Below are positions 56,737-64,000 of a DNA stretch of 64,000 nt, piece by piece (position 1 is the stretch's first letter; each line of letters starts with the position of its first letter). The notes under the pieces were generated by a model, which saw nothing but the letters and a program-made list of their open reading frames with translations, was not told the DNA's origin and did no database searches. A program made the position numbers and the translations under genes. Source of the stretch: an uncultured Candidatus Saccharibacteria bacterium (GTDB lineage: Bacteria > Patescibacteriota > Minisyncoccia > Phycocordibacterales > Phycocordibacteraceae); the NCBI GenBank assembly GCA_964446735.1, contig CAYUQB010000001.1, positions 111,270-175,269 on the forward strand, given 5' to 3'.

Positions 56737-59406
56737 CTACCGGCTTGCGCCAAATCCGGTGTATGCAGGCTTCACGCGATAATTGGCAGTACCAGGAGCG
56801 ATAAAGAGGTCAGCTGGTGATACCAACCGTTCACCGACACCAAATGACCAGCCGTAGCGGGCACTCTGGAAGTGGCCAAGCGCTACATAGATATTGTTTG
56901 TGTAGGTTGCGTAGGTGCTCACGGACGTTCCGTCAATAATATTTTTGTCGATGACGTACCGGACACCTGCCTTGCTGTTAAGGGTCATCGAGGCCGCCTT
57001 ACTGCTTCCGATAATGGTGTTATTTGCAATACGAACGGTGCCACTCATGCCTCCCCAGTCTGCAAGCACTGCGGTCGTATTTTTTGCACCATCGAAGACG
57101 TTGTTGGTAAGCGTCACGTTCGATGAACGTTCCATCGTAAAGGCAATGTTGGAATCACGGACCGTGTTCCCTTCCACAGTGACATTATTTGAGCTCTGGT
57201 AGACCGTAAGGCCGTTACCATGAGTTGAGTTGCTGTCCGTCATGGTATTCCCGACCATGCGGCCATTGGTGACGGTAGCGAAGTAAAGACCGGTGCGTGC
57301 AATGTTGCGAAGAGTGTTACCCCGCGCAACCACATCCTTACTACTCCCCACCTGAATGCCACGCATGTTGCCGAGCGTATCGTGAACAGAATTGTTTTCG
57401 ATGACGAGATTCGTCACCTTTGAGAGCGCGATACCACCCATGTGGGTACTTTGGGTAAGCGACACATCGTTATTCTCGATCCGAATGTCTTCAGTATCGT
57501 TGTAGAGGAACTTCACGATACCAGCACCCTCACGAGCGCCATCACCGGTCTGCTTCCACACTTTGAATCCGGAAACGACGACGTGGTTTGCGCTACTGAG
57601 GTCGATACCATAGGAGCGTACTGAGTAATTCACAACACCATTGGGGTTAGCCCCACCGAGTGGCCAGACGTAGAGTGTGTTCGTTGACGAGTCGAAGTAG
57701 TACTCACCAGCAGTGTCGAACACTCCTGCCGTACTCGCGTTCACGACAGTGTAGCGCGTATCTCGATCGTCATACGGGGTGAACGCCTCGGAAAGGGTCA
57801 CGGTCGAGCCAACCAAGCGCACAATCTTGCGGATGGAGATCTCGTTCGGGACCCCCCATACATAGATATAGGCACCGGTAAGAAGCGTGCCACCAAGACT
57901 TGCGAAGCGTGTGTCGGTGATTGAGGTAGGTGTCACCTTTTCCTTTATCACAGCAAAGAACGTCTCAGGGTTCTGGTAGAACCGATTTGCAGATGCGGGG
58001 GTCTGCGCAGGAAGAATGACCTGATCTCCTTGGGTTAGGTTGAGCCGTATCTCCGGCTGATCCGAAAGGAAGGACGGGACGGTGATTCTGGTTTTGTAGA
58101 TGTTTGCCCAATTCGGATTTCCCTCACAATCAGCGGCTGAACGGCACTTCGCAAAGGTCGTAATTGGCTGTGACCCATCGATGATTGCCTTACCGGTTCC
58201 CCATCCCGTTCCTTTCAGTACTACTGGTTGCGAAGCGGTTCCGCTTCCATTCACTCTGATACTGCCATAGTACGTGACGCCACCCTTAAGCATGACGACA
58301 TCGCCTGGTTTAAGAGTCGTCTTTGCAGGATTGCCTGTTGCTTCTGGGTCTCCCGGAGCGTGCTTCCACGGGGAAGTCTGGGTTCCAGAGTTTGTATCAG
58401 CCCCCGCTGCGAAGTCGACATAGTAGGAACCGACAGTTGGTGTTGCAGGGGTCGTGGTTGCGGGGAGCGGAGTCGGAATTGGCGTCGGGACCGGTGTTGG
58501 ATTGTTACTAGGAGGGGTAGTAGTGGCCGGTGGCTTGGGTGCGTTCGGCGTACTGGATGCTGTTGGGGTATTTGGCGTGCTTGGCGATGTCGGTTGAGTG
58601 GTGCCTGGAGCAGGCGACGTACCAGCCACAGTTACAGTTACAGATCGCGTCACACTCTTATTCGCATTACCACAGGTGAGAGTATAAGTGGTTGTCTGCT
58701 TCGGACTAACCGTTCGTGCTGATCCGTTTCCTGACCATCCGCCAGATGCCGTGCAGTACGTTGCATTCGTTGCCTTCCACAGAAGGGTCGTAGCTTGTCC
58801 AGGAACAATGTTGGGATGCGAAGCTTTAAGCTCGAGCGTGACATCATCGGTGACAGTGACGGTGACTGTCTTCATCACGCTCGATGTGGCGTTCGTACAC
58901 GTCATGGCATAGGTGGTCGTTTGGAGCGGCGAAATGGTGAAGCGGCTGCCGATACGGCCACGTGGACCTTCCCATCCTCCAGAAGCGGAGCAGGTCACCG
59001 CATTTGTCGATTTCCATCCAAGTGTCGTGCTCTGCCCTGCGATAAGTGTTTGACGGATCGCCGAGAACGTGAGCGTGGGACTCGTGGTCGCGATACTCAT
59101 GTCTGCGTTGAGAACCGCTGCCGTGAAGCGCCCTACATATCCAGTCCCTTCAGTGAGATTGAGCGGTGCCAGCACAATGTCGGCATACGCTTCTTGCAGC
59201 ACAATAATGGCTTCTTTAGTGATCTTTCCAAAGTATCCAGTAATTTCCTCAACAAATAGGCCTTGGTCCTTCAAAAAGCGTTGGAGTGTAGAGACTTCTT
59301 CTCCGCGTGAGCCTTCCTGAAGGCCCGGCTCAATAGCAAGAACGCTTATGGGTTGCAATGCGAACGCGAACAGAAGCACGTACACGAGTAGGGTGCGGTA
59401 CAGCAT
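56737..59406 (-). CDS. secreted protein: peptidoglycan-binding domain, two Ig-like repeats, Pro/Thr linker, right-handed beta-helix
   Basis: Signal peptide; LQ.FL...TGYFG.ITK.A; two TTL.W..TNA..C.ASGGW repeats; YYVD..GAD...GT...PWK; Asn-rich coils. Confidence 0.85.
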   Translation of the reverse strand: MLYRTLLVYVLLFAFALQPISVLAIEPGLQEGSRGEEVSTLQRFLKDQGLFVEEITGYFGKITKEAIIVLQEAYADIVLAPLNLTEGTGYVGRFTAAVLNADMSIATTSPTLTFSAIRQTLIAGQSTTLGWKSTNAVTCSASGGWEGPRGRIGSRFTISPLQTTTYAMTCTNATSSVMKTVTVTVTDDVTLELKASHPNIVPGQATTLLWKATNATYCTASGGWSGNGSARTVSPKQTTTYTLTCGNANKSVTRSVTVTVAGTSPAPGTTQPTSPSTPNTPTASSTPNAPKPPATTTPPSNNPTPVPTPIPTPLPATTTPATPTVGSYYVDFAAGADTNSGTQTSPWKHAPGDPEATGNPAKTTLKPGDVVMLKGGVTYYGSIRVNGSGTASQPVVLKGTGWGTGKAIIDGSQPITTFAKCRSAADCEGNPNWANIYKTRITVPSFLSDQPEIRLNLTQGDQVILPAQTPASANRFYQNPETFFAVIKEKVTPTSITDTRFASLGGTLLTGAYIYVWGVPNEISIRKIVRLVGSTVTLSEAFTPYDDRDTRYTVVNASTAGVFDTAGEYYFDSSTNTLYVWPLGGANPNGVVNYSVRSYGIDLSSANHVVVSGFKVWKQTGDGAREGAGIVKFLYNDTEDIRIENNDVSLTQSTHMGGIALSKVTNLVIENNSVHDTLGNMRGIQVGSSKDVVARGNTLRNIARTGLYFATVTNGRMVGNTMTDSNSTHGNGLTVYQSSNNVTVEGNTVRDSNIAFTMERSSNVTLTNNVFDGAKNTTAVLADWGGMSGTVRIANNTIIGSSKAASMTLNSKAGVRYVIDKNIIDGTSVSTYATYTNNIYVALGHFQSARYGWSFGVGERLVSPADLFIAPGTANYRVKPAYTGFGASR

Positions 59407-59479
59407 AGGGATTTAGGGGATTCCCCTTCAGTATCCCATGGCTTCTTGACACGGGTCGTTTCGAGTGGGGATAGCAAAA

Positions 59480-60385
59480 TTACCTGAAAATCACTGATCC
59501 GCTATCGAACTTCAGATCGAGTACCAACTGCCCGCGTGAGGTGAAATGGTAGCTGTGGGCATTCGTGAGCAAGGAGAAGAATTCGTTCTCCTTCGAACCT
59601 GCGCAATATTTCTCCGTACGTGCGATGTTTGAGAACGAAATGGTGTTTGCGTCTACACGATAGGTGCCTGCCATGCTGTTGCAGTCAGTAGTAGCGGAGA
59701 ACTCACCTCCTTCTTTGAAAGTTAGCGTGAACGAGTCATCACGAGGCTTCAGTTCTCGCCCGTCGTTATACAGCGCCGAATCCCAGATCCAGGTCTTCGT
59801 GGATAGAGACATACGCGAAGGATCGGCTTCTCCTTCAAAGTTTTGAGCGACCTCGCCAAACTGGAGCGTGTTCGTATCAAGTTTAAGCCAGATGCTTTTC
59901 CCTACCGATGGCGGAGTTGCAAAATCATCTCCCTGCGCTCGATCCGCATAGTTCACCACGATGATGGTTCGTTCGCCCCGATCAATGCTTTGGGGAGCGA
60001 TACGATCGCCAAGAAATACTCCTTCAGAGCCGAGATACCCGCGCTCGGTATTCAATGCGGCAACGACGTAATAGAAGGTTCCGCTTCCGCCGGTTTCTTG
60101 GGTAAGAAGAAACACGACGTCTTCTCGGCCATCAGCATTGAGATCAATGATGAGGTCATTTCCGAAATACCGAGTGATTGTCTTTGATGCAGATCCAGGA
60201 GCTGAATCTTGTTCAGCAACGCCGTTTACAAGTTTGATGCGTTCACTCCCAATGACATATTCGGCATCTTTATAGGTACCCGCTCCCTTCGCCTGCTTTT
60301 CGTTATAAATATAGGAGTTGAGCGCGAAAAACCCGAGGACAAGAACTGCAATGATGCCGCCGACCAGAATGAGAATTTTCTTCAT
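59480..60385 (-). CDS. META-domain exported protein
   Basis: N-terminal TM; GGSGTFYY; TDCNSMAGTY...TEKYC. Confidence 0.8.
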   Translation of the reverse strand: MKKILILVGGIIAVLVLGFFALNSYIYNEKQAKGAGTYKDAEYVIGSERIKLVNGVAEQDSAPGSASKTITRYFGNDLIIDLNADGREDVVFLLTQETGGSGTFYYVVAALNTERGYLGSEGVFLGDRIAPQSIDRGERTIIVVNYADRAQGDDFATPPSVGKSIWLKLDTNTLQFGEVAQNFEGEADPSRMSLSTKTWIWDSALYNDGRELKPRDDSFTLTFKEGGEFSATTDCNSMAGTYRVDANTISFSNIARTEKYCAGSKENEFFSLLTNAHSYHFTSRGQLVLDLKFDSGSVIFR

Positions 60386-60421
60386 GCTGGGAAGTATAGC
60401 AACCAAGTCCACACGACTCAC

Positions 60422-60730
60422 TTACCTAAGTAACTCAAGCATTTGAGTGATTCCATCAACTGCAAGTTCCACCCAGACGAGGAGGAATGCGAGTACGATA
60501 GCTGCAATCGCAGCAATTTTGTGTATAGGGTTCGTGAATTTTCGTAACGCAAAATCAATAACAAGGCCGGTGCCGAACATGAGGCCGCCCATGACAAGGA
60601 AATCTCCTGGCTTCCAATTCCAGCCAACCCCTTCAACTCCCCCATCTCGAATCGTTAATACCAAGGGGATGAGGAGTATGAGGCACACTATGCCGGCGAT
60701 GCGGATAACACGTTTGCGTTGGGTGAGCAT
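60422..60730 (-). CDS. small membrane protein
   Basis: Three TMs, WNW..GDF, WVELAV. Confidence 0.75.
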   Translation of the reverse strand: MLTQRKRVIRIAGIVCLILLIPLVLTIRDGGVEGVGWNWKPGDFLVMGGLMFGTGLVIDFALRKFTNPIHKIAAIAAIVLAFLLVWVELAVDGITQMLELLR

Positions 60731-60786
60731 TGCTATTTACAACCCCGAACGTCTTAAAAAGTTTCAGTTGATTGAGACAATGCACC

Positions 60787-61371
60787 CTACACATCCTGCT
60801 CCAGTACCTTGAATTCACCTTCCCTAAGCATGAGTACCGGAACGTCAGGTGCGGTAGCTTCAAGCTCTTGCTGAGCCATATCCCAATCGATATTGGGAGC
60901 GTTGTAATCGGACTGGTAATGGACAAGCGCGGTGATAGGCAAAATGCCTAACCCAGGACAGACTTCAAGATCGTCGAGACTGTAGTAGTACTGGGCAAGG
61001 AAATTTACACCTGCTGAAGTCCCGGCAACGGTCTTTCCTGCCAACTCTCGCTCCCACCCTTCGTGTTTACGCACCGCCTCAAGCAGTTTCTTCGTCCTTC
61101 CACCCCGGAAATAAATAACATCGTTTCGTTGAACCTGTTCTAGAAAATGCTCTGGGTCTGCAAGTTCCAAAATTACTTTCTGCCGTAGCATTGATGCAAA
61201 GAAGAATTTGTCCTTCTCAAATATTTCTTGCCAGGTAGCTTCCGGCCGAGCGAAGAGACAAATGAGAATACGGACCGGTTGGTCAAAACCTTCTACCAAT
61301 TCAGTAACAAAAGCCTGGCCTCCGTCTTCAGGTTTTGTAGGGTAGCCACCGACCAGAATGAATTTCGTCAT
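60787..61371 (-). CDS. peptidase S51 (PepE-like) / class I glutamine amidotransferase fold
   Basis: IYFRGG.T, AGTSAG, GLG.L, VHY. Confidence 0.82.
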   Translation of the reverse strand: MTKFILVGGYPTKPEDGGQAFVTELVEGFDQPVRILICLFARPEATWQEIFEKDKFFFASMLRQKVILELADPEHFLEQVQRNDVIYFRGGRTKKLLEAVRKHEGWERELAGKTVAGTSAGVNFLAQYYYSLDDLEVCPGLGILPITALVHYQSDYNAPNIDWDMAQQELEATAPDVPVLMLREGEFKVLEQDV

Positions 61372-61919
61372 ACGTGCGAATTAAGAACGTGCGCGAGGTG
61401 GGTAATAAGAAGTGAGTTTCCGTAGTCATTCAAGTGCACACCGTCTTCGGTGTGATAGTCAGGTCCATTCTCAAGTAACGGGCTAAACATCTCCCAGGAT
61501 TCAATGAGAGCGACAGAACCGGTAGCTACACAAACCTCCTTTGCTGCATCAGCATACTGTCGAGTCAGAATGTTTGTCCGTTGTCTCCCTTCTCGCTGCT
61601 TTGCTTCGTTAACTGGCGGAGGTAAGAAAAATACAATCCTTGAATCCGTAAAGCTCTTCAGAATACTAACGAGGTTTGACCTGAACCGTTCAATCGGAAC
61701 TTGTTTCCAAGGAGCTGAATCGTTAGTTCCGAGTGAGATAACCACAGCATCTGGATTAAGCGAAGCGATGTAGGGAGCTTTGATAACTCCATCATCTGTA
61801 TCCCATCCCCCTACGGCGCAGTTGTATACATCGCTTCCAGGAACCTTGGACTCAAGCTCTTGTATAAGCGGCTTGTATACAAGCGCGAGAAGACTGTCTC
61901 CGAATAAGACGACTTTCAT
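61368..61919 (-). CDS. SGNH/GDSL hydrolase
   Basis: FGDSL, LGTND, DGVHLN. Confidence 0.92.
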   Translation of the reverse strand: MKVVLFGDSLLALVYKPLIQELESKVPGSDVYNCAVGGWDTDDGVIKAPYIASLNPDAVVISLGTNDSAPWKQVPIERFRSNLVSILKSFTDSRIVFFLPPPVNEAKQREGRQRTNILTRQYADAAKEVCVATGSVALIESWEMFSPLLENGPDYHTEDGVHLNDYGNSLLITHLAHVLNSHV

Positions 61920-61969
61920 GGTTCGAGTATATGCGAGCGTTCGTCAGAGAAGTCCCGCCCGTCAAAAGT

Positions 61970-62311
61970 CTACCCGCTAATATCTTTATTCACGGACATG
62001 ACTTCGATCCATCCGCCGGGGATACCGAAATGCGGATGACTCTTGAACATATCTGCTGCAGCATCGAGAGACTCAGCCTCTACGAACGAATACATCATGA
62101 TGTCGTTACGTGAATCTTCGATTCCTGTAGCGGTTACGCGCTTTGGTTTCCCAACACCTGCGGTTTCAATGAGTGAGGCTTTGTTCTCTTCCATCCACGC
62201 ATTCCACTCTGACTGCATCTGCTGTTCTTGAGCTTTACGTTCATCTTCAGGCAGTTTCATCCACTCATCGAGTCCCGTATGGGGCATTTGGTATGTGACA
62301 AAGAATTTCAT
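61970..62311 (-). CDS. YciI-like dimeric alpha/beta barrel protein
   Basis: W.AW, YSFVEAESLDAA..MF..HPH, IEVM. Confidence 0.7.
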   Translation of the reverse strand: MKFFVTYQMPHTGLDEWMKLPEDERKAQEQQMQSEWNAWMEENKASLIETAGVGKPKRVTATGIEDSRNDIMMYSFVEAESLDAAADMFKSHPHFGIPGGWIEVMSVNKDISG

Positions 62312-62365
62312 ATACAGCAACTATACCCTATGTGAGCTGGAACGTTACTGGAACCTTTCTATATA

Positions 62366-62403
62366 AAAGACCACCCTCCCGCCGGAGCGAGAGGGTTTTG
62401 ATC
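62366..62403 (-). terminator. putative terminator
   Basis: Imperfect ACCCTC/GAGGGT stem with a T-run on the minus strand. Confidence 0.4.
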
Positions 62404-62424
62404 CCATGGCACGGAGTGGCTGGC

Positions 62425-62775
62425 TTACGGGTTGTAGGGCTTCGTACCACCACGCATGGCGAGAACCGGAATCGGAAACGCTTCGTTGAAGGTGTGGCCG
62501 CCCTCTTCCTCGAGGATCAGGACGATACCGTCGCAGATCTCGTTCAGCTCCTCTTCCTCCATGCCCATGAATTTCTTGGAGTAGAGGCGCGCCATGACGT
62601 GAACCGGCGTCCGGTGAGCGTAGCTTCCGTCCGTATCGTCCGTGATGAAGGTCACGGCCGTCGCGTCGAGCGGCATGTCGAGACGCTTGTGATAGAACTC
62701 TTGGATCCGTCTCCGGATTTTCTTCTTCGCCTCATACTCAGTTTCAGCGAAGCCGGAAATGTCGACGATAGGCAT
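62425..62775 (-). CDS. tautomerase/MIF-like protein (orphan, SD-led)
   Basis: Met-Pro N-terminus, beta-alpha-beta pattern twice; AAGGAGGAGG SD. Confidence 0.6.
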   Translation of the reverse strand: MPIVDISGFAETEYEAKKKIRRRIQEFYHKRLDMPLDATAVTFITDDTDGSYAHRTPVHVMARLYSKKFMGMEEEELNEICDGIVLILEEEGGHTFNEAFPIPVLAMRGGTKPYNP

Positions 62776-62908
62776 CGTACCCTCCTCCTTGCGGTTGCTC
62801 GGATTACTATATCACAGTTTCTGAAAAAGTCATTACAGCCTTAACTGGGAGGCCTTCATTCGGTGCTGTTTCCTTTCAACATTGGCTATCCGGGACATTA
62901 TTGGAACC

Positions 62909-63166
62909 TCAGCTCAAGAAGAAATAAAGACCAATGACTAGTAGTACTTGAATAGAAAGCGCTAGCAAAAACCGCTTAAACTCAGTGGCTGAAGATCTCA
63001 ATAAATATGGCGCCAGGGACAACAAATACAGGAATGCTGCTAGTCCGATAACTATGAGTAAATTTGGACCTTCAGGATCATTTAAAAACAGAAACAGCAC
63101 CCTAGAGCTCACAACAGATGTGATGGCGAGGAGTAACAACGAAGTCTTTCTTGATTTGAAAAACAT
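62909..63166 (-). CDS. small three-TM membrane protein
   Basis: SR.LF...NDPEGPNLLIV. Confidence 0.7.
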   Translation of the reverse strand: MFFKSRKTSLLLLAITSVVSSRVLFLFLNDPEGPNLLIVIGLAAFLYLLSLAPYLLRSSATEFKRFLLALSIQVLLVIGLYFFLS

Positions 63167-63374
63167 ATTGGCAATTGCACTCAGTTTAACTCCGGGCGAT
63201 GCTTGAAAGTTACGCCTGGAAGTCTGATATAACGTTTACGTATGATTCTTGCTGGGATGATTTATGGACATTCTCACCTTCACAGCTTAACAGTGTAGAG
63301 ACGTTCTCGATATACAACGACAATCGGGAACTTCGTTGCTCTGATGTTCCCTAGTGGATATCCCTTCTCTTATT

Positions 63375-64000
63375 TTACTTTCCCGTAATGAACGCACGAG
63401 TGATCGGGCCAAAGTACCCAAGAGCAGGTTTGATGCCTTTTGTTTTTTGGAATTCGGCAAGAGCTGCCCTTGTCAAGGGACCAAAGTAATTGGTTGCGCC
63501 ATGTGTAAGGAGTGCACGCGCGGCTGGTCCGACACCTTGTTGTATCAGATAGAGCTGGAGCACATTCACATCGGCGCCACTCCTGCCGAACATCAGATCG
63601 CGTGCGTAGGTCGCGCTGGGAAGCGAGGCGGCTGGTGACGTAGTTGTCGCAGCAGGTGGCGTGGAAGTTGATGCGACTACCGTCGTATCTGTGCTCGAAG
63701 CGGTCACGGTGTCTGTACTACTGGTGTAAACAACAATGACTGGCTTTCCTCCACTACTGCCGGCCGTACTTATGGTTACGGTAATATCGGATCCACTGCC
63801 TGACGAACTTGCGTTTCCTGCCGCATCGGTAATGACGACGCCTGAAATCTGAAGCGGAGAGCTCTGCGCAGCATGGGAATTCTCGGTCGTATATGTTGCA
63901 GTGTACGTCGCACCGTTATTGCTTGTGCTCCACGTCAGGGACTGGCCGTTATAAGAACCAGAAACGCTTCCTCCATATTCAGTAGCTCCAGGCGTAAGCG
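63375..64000 (-). CDS. C-terminus of a surface protein (Ig-like, Ser/Thr linker, peptidoglycan-binding domain); 5' end outside the window
   Basis: Frame open to the window edge; ITDAAGN; RDL..G..G.DV..LQ.YL...YFGPLTRAAL..FQ...GYFGPITR. Confidence 0.85.
   Translation of the reverse strand, partial: LTPGATEYGGSVSGSYNGQSLTWSTSNNGATYTATYTTENSHAAQSSPLQISGVVITDAAGNASSSGSGSDITVTISTAGSSGGKPVIVVYTSSTDTVTASSTDTTVVASTSTPPAATTTSPAASLPSATYARDLMFGRSGADVNVLQLYLIQQGVGPAARALLTHGATNYFGPLTRAALAEFQKTKGIKPALGYFGPITRAFITGK

Overview
Fragment of a reduced-genome bacterial chromosome (genetic code 11). Gene content and architecture point to Patescibacteria/CPR, Parcubacteria-like (inference). Core genes: mnmA, leuS, ychF, a complete F1Fo atp operon with an inserted yjjX-like gene, ddl, uvrB/uvrA/uvrC, tgt, two mltG paralogs, a VirD4/HerA-like ATPase, an ECF sigma/anti-sigma pair, several Nudix hydrolases and surface proteins. 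There are six tRNAs (Ala-GGC, Ala-CGC, Ala-TGC, Pro-GGG, Pro-CGG, Val-CAC), and no rRNA or CRISPR array. The most striking signal is a partly AT-rich 4.4-kb island at the 3' end of tRNA-Ala(TGC) (25083-29437). It is divided into three cassettes by repeated sites GTGGACC-N13/14-TTCGAA, which mimic the tRNA 3' end (GTGGACC-N8-TTCGAA) with a 5-6 bp shift. That shift matches the attP-versus-attB geometry of large serine recombinases. Each site is followed by a related short ORF remnant, no integrase is present, and the cargo includes a putative toxin-antitoxin-chaperone-like triplet and membrane proteins. This looks like an integron-like, tRNA-anchored cassette stack. Other observations: leaderless core genes versus Shine-Dalgarno-led GC-rich orphan genes, a LeuRS with a Nudix insertion and a degenerate editing motif, a Tgt lacking its zinc cysteines, an orphan purE-purC pair and two structured intergenic regions. 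All family assignments come from motif recognition, not database searches.
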